In this document: in pieces, positions 20,937 through 31,720 of the stretch | How positions within the stretch are numbered: position 1 is the first letter of the stretch | How the letters are laid out: each line of letters begins with the position of its first letter | Source: Methanotrichaceae archaeon | GTDB lineage: Archaea; Halobacteriota; Methanosarcinia; Methanotrichales; Methanotrichaceae | Direction: 5' to 3' | Assembly (NCBI GenBank): GCA_963754945.1 | Contig: CAVWIG010000014.1 | Span: forward strand, 1-64,000 | Length of the DNA stretch: 64,000 nucleotides | Made by a program: the position numbers and the translations under genes | The notes under the pieces: generated by a model | Database searches by the model: none | Told to the model about the DNA's origin: nothing | Seen by the model: the letters and a program-made list of their open reading frames with translations, nothing else

Positions 20937-21809
20937 ATGCAAAATCTGCTTGCATCAGGGCACAGGGCTTGTGCAGGATGTTCCATGCCCACAATCGTCA
21001 GGCTGGTTTTAGATGCCGCTGGCCCCAACACCATCGTAGTCTCACCTACCAGCTGTCTGGAGGTGACCACCACTCCCTTCCCAGAGAGCGCCTGGTGTGT
21101 TCCATGGCTGCACTCCCTGTTCGAAAACGCCGCCGCAGTTGCCTCAGGAGTAGAGGTCACTCTCAAGCGCTTCCACAAAGACGCCAACGTCTTAGTGATT
21201 GGGGGAGACGGCAGCACTTTCGACATTGGCATGGGTTCCAACTCGGGCATGTTCGAGCGTGGCCACAAAGTGACCTACGTCTGTTACGACAACGAGGCCT
21301 ACATGAACACTGGCGTGCAGCGCAGCGGCTCAACGCCATTCTGCGCCCACACAACGACCACGCCCTCGGGAGAGATTAGCCTAGGCAACCCTCGACCGAA
21401 GAAGGACATGCCGGCAATCGCTCTTGCGCACAGGGTTCCCTATGTAGCTACGGCATCTGTGGCTTTCCCCGTTGATCTCAGGCGCAAAGTGAAGAAAGGA
21501 ATAGAAACCCAGGGCCCATCTTACATCCAGGTCAACGCACCTTGCATCACAGGCTGGACCTTCGAAGCAGGAAACACTGTAGAGATAGCCAGACTGGCGG
21601 TCGAGACTGGACTATGGCCGCTGTTCGAGTATGAAAACGGCCAACTGATAGATGTCAAGAAGGTCAGACGTCCAAAGCCGGTAGAGGACTACCTGAAGTC
21701 CCAGGGCAGGTACAGACACCTCTTCAAGAAGCCAGGCGGCACAGAAGTCCTGAAACAGATCCAGGCGATAGCTGATGAGAACATAAGCAAGTACTGCCTG
21801 GTGGACTGA
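20937..21809 (+). CDS. porB: Pyruvate:ferredoxin oxidoreductase beta subunit
   Basis: GHRACAGC, GGDG...DNEAYMNTG TPP-binding motif. Confidence 0.96.
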   Translation: MQNLLASGHRACAGCSMPTIVRLVLDAAGPNTIVVSPTSCLEVTTTPFPESAWCVPWLHSLFENAAAVASGVEVTLKRFHKDANVLVIGGDGSTFDIGMGSNSGMFERGHKVTYVCYDNEAYMNTGVQRSGSTPFCAHTTTTPSGEISLGNPRPKKDMPAIALAHRVPYVATASVAFPVDLRRKVKKGIETQGPSYIQVNAPCITGWTFEAGNTVEIARLAVETGLWPLFEYENGQLIDVKKVRRPKPVEDYLKSQGRYRHLFKKPGGTEVLKQIQAIADENISKYCLVD

Positions 21810-21811
21810 AA

Positions 21812-22411
21812 ATGTACGTCGGCCGGATCGTGGTCGTTGGCCGAATCGGGGGAAAGAGCTGGGCAGGTTACAGAGTATCCTCCCGCTCATTTCCCAACCG
21901 CAGGGCCGAGGTAAGGGGAGACAGCGTAATGGTTTCTCCCATTGACCCCAAAGATCTGGCCAAGAATCCCTACATTGCCTACAATTGCATAAGAACCAGT
22001 GGTGATGTAGCCGTGGTCGCCAACGGCACCCAGGCGGACATGATAATGGAGAGGATAGATGACGGACAACGACCCTTGGACGCCATAGCTCTCAGCCTCG
22101 TGGCCTACGGCTATGAGAGGGATGAGTTAGATACTCCCAGGCTGGCCGGAGCTGTCCGTGGGAGCAAAGCATGCCTCGGAATAGCTAGGAAGGGTGAGTT
22201 CAGATTCAAGGAAATCCCCTTGAAAGACAACGATGCCTTCATGGTTGCCACTTACGAGAAGATCGGCTTTGAGCCAGTGGCAGTTTTCGGGATAAATGCA
22301 TCATCAGTCGCAAAAGCAGCCTATGATCTGCCCTTCGAGAGGCCTGTATGCTCTGCAGCGGCTTTCCAGGGCGATGAGGGTTTTGAGCTGGCTGTATACA
22401 ACCCAGCTTAA
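21812..22411 (+). CDS. purO: Archaeal IMP cyclohydrolase
   Basis: MYVGR, YRVSSRSFPNR, NPYIAYNC, YERDELDTPR. Confidence 0.94.
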   Translation: MYVGRIVVVGRIGGKSWAGYRVSSRSFPNRRAEVRGDSVMVSPIDPKDLAKNPYIAYNCIRTSGDVAVVANGTQADMIMERIDDGQRPLDAIALSLVAYGYERDELDTPRLAGAVRGSKACLGIARKGEFRFKEIPLKDNDAFMVATYEKIGFEPVAVFGINASSVAKAAYDLPFERPVCSAAAFQGDEGFELAVYNPA

Positions 22412-22423
22412 TATACAAAACAT

Positions 22424-22453
22424 CTTAACCAATTCTTAACCAATTTGGTTAAG
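22424..22453. promoter_or_regulatory. Palindrome plus extra half-site upstream of ftr
   Basis: CTTAACCAATT followed by the perfect palindrome CTTAACCAA-T-TTGGTTAAG. Confidence 0.55.
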
Positions 22454-22518
22454 TTGATCCAAATTATCTATTTCGGTTTGGAGCGAATCGAGATTCACGT
22501 TTAGACGGTGAGGATACA

Positions 22519-23409
22519 ATGGAGATAAACGGCGTACAGATAGACGATACCTTTGCTGAGGCCTTTCCCATAAAGATCGCAAGAGTCCTGATTACCGCAA
22601 TTTCTGAGCGCTGGGCTCTGGAGGCGGCACGAGAGGCCACAGGTTTTGGAACCTCGGTCATTGGGTGCCCTGCAGAGGCAGGCATCGAGTGCATAGCCGG
22701 CGCAAGCGAAACGCCCGACGGGAGGCCTGGCGTTTACATCCAGGTCTGCAACATGGGCTACAAGAGCCTAGAGGGCTCGCTCATCTGGCGGATAGGCCAG
22801 TGTGTCCTGACAGCACCAACGACTGCGGTCTTCAACGGCCTGCCCGAGGCTGAGAAGCAGTTCGACACCGGCAAGAAGCAGAGCTTCTTCGGAGACGGCT
22901 ACCAGAAGCAGGTGGATTATCTCGGAAGGAAGTTCTGGAAGATCCCCATCATGTCCGGAGAGTTCATGATCGAGGAGACCATCGGTGCGGTTGATGGAAT
23001 AGCCGGTGGCAACTTCTACATCCTTGCCGACAATCAGGCTGCAGCTCTCACGGCAGCCGAGGTGGCTGTGGACGAGATAAGGAAGCAGAAGGGCACAATC
23101 ACTCCCTTCCCAGGCGGAGTTGTAGCCAGCGGCTCGAAGGTGGGATCCAAGTACAAGTTCCTGAAGGCATCAACCAACGCAGCCTTCTGCCCATCTCTGA
23201 GGGAGGACGGCACCTGCGCACTTCCCGTGGAGATCAAGTCCGGGTACGAGATCGTTATAAACGGAATCAGCCGAGAGGCTATTGAGCAGTCCATGCGAGC
23301 TGGGATAAAAGCAGCCTGTACTGTTCCTGGCGTCGTCAAGATCACCGCTGCCAACTTCGGAGGCAAACTTGGGCCTCATCAGTTCATGCTGCAGGAGATA
23401 CTGAAGTAG
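22519..23409 (+). CDS. ftr: Formylmethanofuran-tetrahydromethanopterin N-formyltransferase
   Basis: MEINGVQIDDTFAEAF, TPDGRPG, GGNF, SGSKVGS, NFGGKLG. Confidence 0.97.
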   Translation: MEINGVQIDDTFAEAFPIKIARVLITAISERWALEAAREATGFGTSVIGCPAEAGIECIAGASETPDGRPGVYIQVCNMGYKSLEGSLIWRIGQCVLTAPTTAVFNGLPEAEKQFDTGKKQSFFGDGYQKQVDYLGRKFWKIPIMSGEFMIEETIGAVDGIAGGNFYILADNQAAALTAAEVAVDEIRKQKGTITPFPGGVVASGSKVGSKYKFLKASTNAAFCPSLREDGTCALPVEIKSGYEIVINGISREAIEQSMRAGIKAACTVPGVVKITAANFGGKLGPHQFMLQEILK

Positions 23410-23625
23410 AACTGTTCTGCTCTATCGCTTCCTATTTTTTACATCTTTTAGCTTTAATTGCTGCTTGATTCGGATGATCTTTAGTAATTGTTGAGCAGGA
23501 TTCTTGTATCGATCTTTGCGTCGCCGAAATTTCGAAATTCTAAAACGCTGAACGTGAGATAATCTTATTAATCCGCAGGCTATGCCCTAATCTCTGAATC
23601 TCACAAGAGGAAGGAGAAGAAGCAA

Positions 23626-24129
23626 ATGGTGCCGGAAAAGGTCGAGGAGACGTGTAAGAAAGTAATGAGCTGGCTTTCTGAGGAAGCCCTGTACAAGGAC
23701 AAGGTCTACGACGAGAATCTGTATTTTCATTTGGCAGCCGAGTTTCCCACGCGTTCCGGGCGGCACGTGAACATAATCCAGCCCAACAACCGCGACGATA
23801 TGATAGTGATCTTAAGCACCATCAGGCTGGCGGAGGTTCATCAGAAGGCCCTCCATGCCTTGGCCAGGAAGGAAAGGGAGAAGTTCATCTGGGATATTCG
23901 GTATGCTTTGCTCTTCCAGGACTCGAACTTCGACATCGAGCCAGGAGGAGGAGAGCTGAACGGCATCCGGTTCAGCAGAGAGATCTACTACGACGGACTG
24001 ACAAAAAACAAGCTGATGGAGGTCTTGAGAGCGAACTTCAAGTGCGAGCTGTATGTGGTATGGAAGTTTCAGGAGACCTTTGGGGCAGAACCAGCGACGA
24101 CAGGACACGTCGAGCAGATGTACGGATAG
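23626..24129 (+). CDS. DUF2299-like protein
   Basis: WLSEE...IYYDGLTKNKLM, typical of this archaeal family. Confidence 0.7.
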   Translation: MVPEKVEETCKKVMSWLSEEALYKDKVYDENLYFHLAAEFPTRSGRHVNIIQPNNRDDMIVILSTIRLAEVHQKALHALARKEREKFIWDIRYALLFQDSNFDIEPGGGELNGIRFSREIYYDGLTKNKLMEVLRANFKCELYVVWKFQETFGAEPATTGHVEQMYG

Positions 24130-24246
24130 AGTGTCTCGCTTGCCGGAGCCTTCGCTTCATTCTATCCTATTCATGTTTTAATAGCAACTTCTAGAAGCTG
24201 GAACGAAAAAGGCCGCAAAAATAGCTGGGAAAAAGGGACCGACGGG

Positions 24247-24969
24247 TTAAGCCGGCTTTGTTATCTCGTAGGTTGCAGTGACGCTCGCGGTGATCTCCAT
24301 CTCGCCGGGGAGGACTGGTGTAGTTGCTGCTGAAAGCGAGAAGGCTGCCCTTGGTGCATTCGAAGAAGTGTAGCCGTATCCTTCTGATAACTCTAGTATC
24401 TTGCCCAGCTTCACCCCTGCGGTTGCTGCCATTATCTCAGCCTTTCTTCTGGAATCGTTGACTGCGTTGGCAAGGGCCATGTCCATCTGCGGCTTTGGGT
24501 TCCTGAGGTCGAAGCTGATCCCCGTAACGCTGTTCGATCCAGCGGCAGTGGCAGCGTCCAGGACCTTGCCGATGTTCTCGGAGACGTTCATCTTAGCTGT
24601 TACCTGGTTGGTGGCTACGAACTCCGGAGGCGTCTTGTTCTTCGTTGTGCTCGTCGACACCGGGTTCTCTTCGGTCTGGGTGGTCAGGGAATACTGGCTG
24701 GTCTGGACATCCTTCTTCTTCAGCCCTGCGGACAGAAGAGCGTTAATAGTGCTGTTCATCAGCTTGGCATTCTCGGCGGCTGCAGCCGATGCGCTGACGT
24801 TTCTCGTCTCCACGCCCAGGGTGATGGTTACAATGTCTGGGACGGCAGTTGCTTTGCCTTCGCCGCTGCAAACGATCTTGGACACGTTGTCGTTACCTGC
24901 CGCGCAGACTGGCATGGCCAGAGCCAGAAGAAACACAAGCCCTAAGATTGCAATCTCGAATCCTCTCAT
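24247..24969 (-). CDS. SIMPL (DUF541) domain secreted protein
   Basis: Signal peptide; GEGKATAVPD...AEIMAATAGVKLGKI...PGEMEITASVTATYEI. Confidence 0.92.
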   Translation of the reverse strand: MRGFEIAILGLVFLLALAMPVCAAGNDNVSKIVCSGEGKATAVPDIVTITLGVETRNVSASAAAAENAKLMNSTINALLSAGLKKKDVQTSQYSLTTQTEENPVSTSTTKNKTPPEFVATNQVTAKMNVSENIGKVLDAATAAGSNSVTGISFDLRNPKPQMDMALANAVNDSRRKAEIMAATAGVKLGKILELSEGYGYTSSNAPRAAFSLSAATTPVLPGEMEITASVTATYEITKPA

Positions 24970-25108
24970 GTTCCTACAATTTCTGACACAACATCCTTAA
25001 AGATTCTGGTATCATTCATTAAAATATGCCAAAAAATGTGGCATTTATGCACCGGTTGAAGCCTTTCTCAACAAACAAAATGATACCTGCTCAAAGGCAG
25101 GCATTGCG

Positions 25109-25813
25109 TTACAGTATTTCGTAGGTTACAGCAACGATAGAAGGCACGCTCACAGTCCCAGTCGAGGTGACTGGAGATTCAAAAGGCTGGTTAAAGCTCA
25201 TATCCAGACCTCCGTAATCCGATATGTCAATGGCCTTTCCGAGCTTCACGCCAGCGGCCGATGCTACGTCCTCAGCATTAGATCTGGCGTTATCGATGGC
25301 CTTCTTCCGCGCTTCGGCTATCGCTTGACTTTTGTCGCTGATGCTGTATCCTATGACGGATGCCATAGCTCCCTGGGACTTGGCCGCTTCCAGGACACTG
25401 TTTACTTTGTCCTGGTCTGTAGTCTTCAGCCGGATGAGGATGGAGCTTGTAAGCAGGCTCAAAGCTTTGGATGTATTTTCACAAACGGTGGTATTATTTA
25501 CCGGCCTGCAAATATTGCTTTCAAAATGGCTGCTACTGATTCCGCTTGACTGGCCAGGCATGATTTCATCCTTCTGAACTCCTGCTCCCGTCAGGGCTTC
25601 GATTGTCTTGTTAAGCAGCAACGCGTTTTCAGCGGCTGCCTGAGAAGCATTGGTGTCGTTGCTCTGTACTTCGACCGATATAATCACTGTATCAGCGGGA
25701 ACGGTTGCTGTTCCCTCTCCAAGTACTGATATACCCTGCGTCCTTTGACCCGCAGCACTAACCACCAAGACAGTTAGTAGCGCAAGTACCAGTAATATCG
25801 CTAACCTCTTCAT
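25109..25813 (-). CDS. SIMPL (DUF541) domain secreted protein, tandem paralog
   Basis: Signal peptide MKRLAILL; GEGTATVPAD...ASAAGVKLGK...VTYEI. Confidence 0.9.
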   Translation of the reverse strand: MKRLAILLVLALLTVLVVSAAGQRTQGISVLGEGTATVPADTVIISVEVQSNDTNASQAAAENALLLNKTIEALTGAGVQKDEIMPGQSSGISSSHFESNICRPVNNTTVCENTSKALSLLTSSILIRLKTTDQDKVNSVLEAAKSQGAMASVIGYSISDKSQAIAEARKKAIDNARSNAEDVASAAGVKLGKAIDISDYGGLDMSFNQPFESPVTSTGTVSVPSIVAVTYEIL

Positions 25814-25994
25814 GGTAATCCCCTGGAAGTTTTGGAGCTGGAAGGTATTAAAGAAATCGGTCGAAGAGAGCATCTCAGCGGCTTAGTGAGCTGTTAATAA
25901 CGGTTCAGATAAGCAATCTTCTCTCGTAGAATACTTATATCGGACCTTTGATATCCGATTGTGTGACCTCAGGTCAGGTCACAGGGGTATTGGT

Positions 25995-26432
25995 ATGGTA
26001 GTAATGCTTCCAGATGAAAATACGCCCGGATACTGGCTAAAATTGGGAAGTGCCCAGGCCAACTCTGGCAGGTACGAAGAGGCATCCAAAGCCTTTGACA
26101 GAGCCATTGAGCTTGATCCGAATGATACTGAAGCATGGAACAACAGGGGAATCGTTCTTTCCATCCTGAAGAGGAACAAAGAAGCCATCCAGTCTTTTGA
26201 GAAGGCAACATCGATAGACCCTAGAAATGCTGAAGCCTGGTACAACCGAGGCATAGTATTCTGCAGCTTAGAGCGGTACGAGGATGCAGTTGACTCCCTG
26301 GAAAAGGCCCTGGAGATCGACCCGCAGAGCGCAATTGCCTGGCACAACAAAGGTGTAGCCCTCAAGCTTCTTGGCAGGGATACTGAGGCCAGGATTGCTT
26401 TTGCCTGTGCAGGAAGAATCGGGACAAGCTGA
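25995..26432 (+). CDS. Tetratricopeptide repeat protein
   Basis: Four TPRs (AWNNRG, AWYNRG, AWHNKG). Confidence 0.9.
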   Translation: MVVMLPDENTPGYWLKLGSAQANSGRYEEASKAFDRAIELDPNDTEAWNNRGIVLSILKRNKEAIQSFEKATSIDPRNAEAWYNRGIVFCSLERYEDAVDSLEKALEIDPQSAIAWHNKGVALKLLGRDTEARIAFACAGRIGTS

Positions 26433-26552
26433 GGCCCAAGAGAGCGAGGGTGCGACCCACCTCATGGAAAAAAGTATAACAAGATAAGATAAATCACAAA
26501 CCGCTCTGTTTCACCCGTAGCCTTTAACTTCCCTTGCGGATATCCCACGATC

Positions 26553-27353
26553 ATGAGCAAGATCGGAAAGCAGATCCGGATAGAGAGAATCCTGGATCGC
26601 AAAACTCACAGGACGGTTATTGTTCCAATGGATCACGGCATTAGCGTTGGGCCCATTCCTGGGCTAATTGACCTCCCTTCTGCTGTGGACAGAGTGGCCG
26701 AGGGAGGGGCAAACGCTGTCCTTGGCCACATAGGTCTGCCCTTGCACGGCCATCGCGGCTATGGCAGAGATATCGGGCTTATCGTTCACCTATCAGCCAG
26801 CACTAGCCTTGGGCCTGATCCCAACCACAAAGTCCTGGTAACCGAAGTGGAGGACGCCATAAGGATAGGAGCAGACGCGGTGTCTATTCATGTCAACGTC
26901 GGGGCCGAGGATGAGGCGGAGATGCTGAAAGATCTAGGCCGAGTGGCTCGGACCTGTGACCTCTGGGGCATGCCTCTCGTGGCCATGATGTACCCTCGGG
27001 GTCCCAAGGTGAAGTCTGAGCACGGCCCGGAGTATGTCAAGCTAGCAGCTCGTATTGGCGCGGAGCTCGGAGCAGACATAGTCAAAACCAACTATACCGG
27101 CTCCCCAGACACCTTCAAGGAAGTAGTAAAGGGGTGCAACGTTCCAGTGGTAATCGCAGGTGGACCCAAGATGGACACCGAAGCCGACCTGCTGCAGATG
27201 GTCTACGATGCCATTGGCGCAGGCGCTACGGGAGTGGCCATCGGGAGGAACATCTTCCAGGCTGAGAACCCCACCCTTCTCGTGAGTAAGCTCTGTACCA
27301 TAGTTCATAAGGGTTATACAGCAGAGGAGGCTGGAAAGATCAAGTCTTGCTGA
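26553..27353 (+). CDS. 2-amino-3,7-dideoxy-D-threo-hept-6-ulosonate synthase (DhnA-type class I aldolase)
   Basis: [36 protein letters not shown]. Confidence 0.9.
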   Translation: MSKIGKQIRIERILDRKTHRTVIVPMDHGISVGPIPGLIDLPSAVDRVAEGGANAVLGHIGLPLHGHRGYGRDIGLIVHLSASTSLGPDPNHKVLVTEVEDAIRIGADAVSIHVNVGAEDEAEMLKDLGRVARTCDLWGMPLVAMMYPRGPKVKSEHGPEYVKLAARIGAELGADIVKTNYTGSPDTFKEVVKGCNVPVVIAGGPKMDTEADLLQMVYDAIGAGATGVAIGRNIFQAENPTLLVSKLCTIVHKGYTAEEAGKIKSC

Positions 27354-27480
27354 GGAGAAATGACTGAGCTGCAAGGGCCAACATATCTCCTCTTTCGGAT
27401 TTTGTTCAAAATGCATGGAGATAGTAACAAAAAGCCGTTCTATTTGAACCAACTACTGACCCGGAGTCAATCGTACAGAC

Positions 27481-28696
27481 TAGTGTCGCGTCAGCTATCT
27501 AGTGTCGGATAAAGCCTAGATAGTTTAACTCTTGCATCCGCTGTAGTAAATTGCCAATTTACCTTTGCATTTTTATTATTTCTGAACTCCTGCCATGCCG
27601 CTACTTCATCCTTAACAGTTTCAATTTTATCGATTCGCCTATTCAGACATTGCCCTGTAAGGACATTCAGCTCTATCTCAGCCATATTTAGCCAACTGCC
27701 ATGCTTCGGCGTGTACACAAATTCAAACCTATCCATTAACGCCTTTGCCTTATCTGGCGTAAACTTCTCATAAAACGATCCTGCATTATGTGTGTTGAGA
27801 TTGTCCATCACCAATGTTATCTTTTCTGCATGTTCGTATTGGGCGGCGACATCTTCCATAAAGCAAGCCCAGTCCAGCGCAGTTTTTCTTTCAGTGACCT
27901 TTACCATACGCTTCCCGGCCAACGGTTCGCATGCAAGGAAAATATTTGATAAGCCGCAGCGTTTGTATTCATAGTCGTGTTTGGCAGCCCGCCCTGGAGA
28001 TATTGCAATAGGTACTCTTGTCTCGGATATCAGCTGCTTTGGAGATTCGTCCATGCATACAACCGGATGATATGAATCAAACGGACGCTTATAAACATCC
28101 AATACCCTTTCCATATTTGCGACGAAGCTACCGTTTTGATTTGGCGGAATTACCCATCCTTTGCGTTGCCATGGCTTGATCTCGTTTTTTTAAAATTTGA
28201 CGCACAGCTTCATGAGAAATGCTGTCAATGTAGTTGAGCTCGACGACCTTATCGGCTAACAGCCTCAAAGACCACCGCGCAAAACCATCTGGTGGTTCGC
28301 TGCAACTCAATGCAACTAAATGGGCTTCAAAATCTCCATCGGTCTTCTTGGCATAGATGCGGTTTCCCGTTCTTCTTTCAAGAGCTGAATCAAGACCTCC
28401 CTCTACAAATCGCTTTTTTAAACGGTCTATCTTTCTCATGCTTATATGGAGCACACGGGCTATTTCTTCATTCGTCGAGCCCTCTGTTTGGTACTCACCT
28501 TCATCACAACCGAGCAATATTAATGCATTGAGGATCTTCTGTGATTTTTGCTTTCCCTTGACTGTAAGGTCGCTAAGAGCTTTGCGCTCGTCCTCAGTAA
28601 GCGTTACGATATATTTCTTCATTGCTATTACCCCACATTGGATATGAAGATAATATATCTTAAACCTTATGTCACTTCAATATTGACGCGACACTA
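27481..28696 (-). mobile_element. IS630-family insertion sequence (coordinates include the flanking TA)
   Basis: Perfect IRs cTAGTGTCGCGTCA / TGACGCGACACTAg with TA at both ends; split transposase. Confidence 0.95.
27491..28622 (-). CDS. IS630 transposase (HTH ORF 28128-28622 plus DDE ORF 27491-28114, joined by a -1 frameshift at an A7 run)
   Basis: RWSLRLLA HTH region; CMDE, DNLNTH, PKHGSWLNMAEIE; the -1 shift at TTAAAAAAAC gives KNEIKPWQRKGWVIPP...FVANME. Confidence 0.92.
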
Positions 28697-28735
28697 GGAA
28701 CAAATTTAAAATAGAGTTCTCATCATTTTAAATAC

Positions 28736-29104
28736 ATGAAGTTTGCAGGGAACATAAACACAAGAAGGATAAAAATCTCGGTAGCGCTTGGCGTTATAGC
28801 GGGGGCAATTTGTCTATATGGAACATTGACCAGCATTCCTGGAGTTCTCACCTTGCCCATACTGGCTACGATATTCTACGATCGAGTCCTCTTGGGGTTT
28901 GTAGTTGGAATAGCATATGGGCTTAAGATTCACCCACTGATCAGAGGAGCAATCATTGGAGCTTTGGTCAGCCTGCTCATAGCCATTCCATCAGGCATCA
29001 CAGGCGGAGCGCTTCTCATGGGAGCCGGCGTGGTTTACGGCGTAATCATAGATCTTGTGGCGACCAAATTCTCCCCTGGTCTTAATCGAGTCTCCATAGA
29101 CTAG
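28736..29104 (+). CDS. Small integral membrane protein (about 4 TM)
   Basis: Hydrophobic Gly-rich helices; no family recognised. Confidence 0.75.
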   Translation: MKFAGNINTRRIKISVALGVIAGAICLYGTLTSIPGVLTLPILATIFYDRVLLGFVVGIAYGLKIHPLIRGAIIGALVSLLIAIPSGITGGALLMGAGVVYGVIIDLVATKFSPGLNRVSID

Positions 29105-29302
29105 ATCGTATTTTTGCCTTCCGAGCAAGCTCTTTCAAGTTCTGCTACTCGATTTCAGCTACCCGATAAGTGACTGGTCGAATGCTTCTGGTCTATCGGC
29201 TGCGAAAAGTTGGCAAAAGGGCTCTCTTTCTAGGGATAAGATAACACAAACAGTAATGGTCAACCACAAGGTATATCCACTTCTCCTAATACACGGGGAA
29301 GC

Positions 29303-29986
29303 ATGAAGTACATTGTGCTCGTCATCTTGTTGGTCGCTGCTATCCATGCCGCATCAGCCACAGAGATAAATCTGAATGACGTCTGGTACAACAAATCGGT
29401 TTCGGAATTCAAGAACGGGTCTTATCCACAGGCACTACAGAATATCAACAAGTCGCTGCAACAGAATCCAAACGACAATTCTTACTGGGATCTCAAATTT
29501 CTCATCTTTCTTAAAATGAGCAAATTCGATTCAGCCCTTTCCACGCTTGACGACGCCATTCAGACAAACAGCTCCAACTCACAGGCGCTGAACGACAAAG
29601 GTCTACTTCTGGCAGGGTACCTACACGATTACAATAGTTCGATCCAGTCCTTCGACCAGGCTATAATGCTCGATCCAACAAATGCTAAGACCTACTACAA
29701 CAAAGGATTGACATTAGAAAGTATGGGAAATTACGATGAAGCTATCAAGAGCTTCCAGAAGGCAGTCGAGCTGGTTCCAAGCCTCGCAATCGCATGGAAT
29801 CAGGAAGGCGTTTCGTACCAAGCACTAAAACAATACGAAGAGGCTTTGAAGTGCTTCGATAAAGTTACCCAGCTTGACAGTGCCAACAAAGATGCATGGG
29901 GCAAAAAGGGCGAAGTATTAAAAGCTCTTAATCGAGATGCTGAGGCCAAAATCGCTTTCTCAATGGCTGGAAAGTCAGGGGCTTAA
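29303..29986 (+). CDS. Secreted TPR protein
   Basis: Signal peptide plus about six TPRs. Confidence 0.9.
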   Translation: MKYIVLVILLVAAIHAASATEINLNDVWYNKSVSEFKNGSYPQALQNINKSLQQNPNDNSYWDLKFLIFLKMSKFDSALSTLDDAIQTNSSNSQALNDKGLLLAGYLHDYNSSIQSFDQAIMLDPTNAKTYYNKGLTLESMGNYDEAIKSFQKAVELVPSLAIAWNQEGVSYQALKQYEEALKCFDKVTQLDSANKDAWGKKGEVLKALNRDAEAKIAFSMAGKSGA

Positions 29987-30172
29987 ATTAGCCCTTTCCA
30001 TTTTTGTGGTAATCCGAGCAACGTCTCAGAAGAGTATCCCTTGGCTTTTCTGGTTTCCTCGAAATAGAAAGTGTTTAGGCTATCTCAATTGATGACGATT
30101 AAGGATTCAATATCGAAGCTAAAACGAGCACAGAACATTTAAGCGATTGAGAGAATGAATTAGCGAGGACTC

Positions 30173-30607
30173 ATGAGATTACTAGTGCTATCTTTATTCA
30201 TACCATTGGCAATGGTGGTTTTGAGCTATGGCCAGGTATCTGTTCATATTGGTGGCAACGATGGTTTGTCCCTGCTAAAAAATTTAACGAAAAGCTCGCC
30301 GAATCTCACTGGCAACGACAAAGCAGCGAATAATATGACGATCAACATAACGGGGAATACAACGAGCAATGCGAGAGGCAACTTATCCGCCAATGCCTAT
30401 TTGGCGAAAGTTCCCAAATTTATCGGCAATGGTGGAAAAGTATTATTGAAGAATTTGTCCAATAGCTCATTGAACCTAACAGGGGCTAACAATACGACCA
30501 ATTTATGGACATGGGGTGGCAAGCCGCTTTCGCCTCCCGTACCTTCGGCTGAAGATTACCTTAACTACCAAGATGCCGGTGTGGTCAAGGCCAATCGGGT
30601 AGAATGA
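30173..30607 (+). CDS. Secreted Asn-rich protein, 'WxWG' family
   Basis: Signal peptide; duplicated G..G..LLKNL segment; NLWTWGGKP. Confidence 0.78.
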   Translation: MRLLVLSLFIPLAMVVLSYGQVSVHIGGNDGLSLLKNLTKSSPNLTGNDKAANNMTINITGNTTSNARGNLSANAYLAKVPKFIGNGGKVLLKNLSNSSLNLTGANNTTNLWTWGGKPLSPPVPSAEDYLNYQDAGVVKANRVE

Positions 30608-30871
30608 AGCCTGTATTCCAAGGGAATGTATTAAAGGGCAAGGAAAGGGCAAGGCCCTTGACTTGAGCCCGCCAACATCCTCGGCTCAAGATTATAGTGT
30701 TTTAAAAATATTTTAATTCAAGGGTACAGGCCCAGGGAACATGCTCGTCTCCCCGAATGATTTCTCCCAAAACGAATTTCAAGAGATTCAAATTCCATAG
30801 TGAACTTTGAGAAGCTAAAGATTAACTAATTTGAGATGCGATATATATCCTGCTTGAATAGGAGGCAAAAA

Positions 30872-31522
30872 ATGGGAAAAAAACTGCTGATAAACCTATT
30901 GGTCTTGTTATTAGAGACCACCTTACTTACAGTGATGGCCGCAGGAGCACTCGGAAACCCGGAAAAGCAGGAGATACTCGCAGCCCAAAACCGATATCGT
31001 ACGGAGGTAAATGTAACACCACTGACATGGTCGGATAACCTATCTGCTCAAGCCCAGAAGTGCGCAGATTTTAATGCCGCCAAATTTTTAAAACTGGGGA
31101 CAATGAAACACTGTCAGACTCCAGGATTTGGACAAAATATTGCGCAAGCCACTGCCAGCTCTCATTTAACATTGACTCAAATGGTCGATCAATGGGGAAA
31201 TGAAAAACGTTATTTCATCAATGGAGAATTCCCATCAGTCAGTTCCACCGGATCCCCGGCCGCGATCGGTCATTACACGCAAATGATCTGGCAGAATTCC
31301 AGCGAAGTAGGCTGTGGGGAGGCCAGTGCTGGGGGAAATAATCTTTTGGTTTGCGATTACAGTCCCCAAGGTAACATAAACGGCACGGTCGTGTATGCTC
31401 CTCCCCGGCCGCCTACTGTTCTAATTCAAGCGACTAACACATACAGTGGCTGGTCTCAGCGCAACATCCTAAGCAATACGGTTCTAAATCGACCGGTTTC
31501 TTGCTATTTCTCTTTGGTATAA
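30872..31522 (+). CDS. Secreted CAP (SCP/PR-1/antigen 5) domain protein
   Basis: QNRYR..V..LTWS, GQNIA, GHYTQMIW...EVGCG, VCDYSPQGN. Confidence 0.92.
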   Translation: MGKKLLINLLVLLLETTLLTVMAAGALGNPEKQEILAAQNRYRTEVNVTPLTWSDNLSAQAQKCADFNAAKFLKLGTMKHCQTPGFGQNIAQATASSHLTLTQMVDQWGNEKRYFINGEFPSVSSTGSPAAIGHYTQMIWQNSSEVGCGEASAGGNNLLVCDYSPQGNINGTVVYAPPRPPTVLIQATNTYSGWSQRNILSNTVLNRPVSCYFSLV

Positions 31523-31720
31523 AAAAGACAGGTCGTTTATTTTTTTTTTTTTGGGTTCGTTTGATGTTTATGTCGCCCCAAGGATCAAGATAACAGATAT
31601 ATGATCTATGAGGAACTGTACAGTCTGTCCCAACAGCCAACAACTTTTTTAAGTTAGAGGCGCATACATTAAAACATTAGTAGCAAGGGGGAGAAGAAAA
31701 CGAAGGGAGCAGCGGTAGCA

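Noticed and set aside
24401-25000. 199-aa plus-strand ORF, and other long overlapping ORFs (9696, 48478, 53089)
   Set aside because: They are antisense to well-supported genes.
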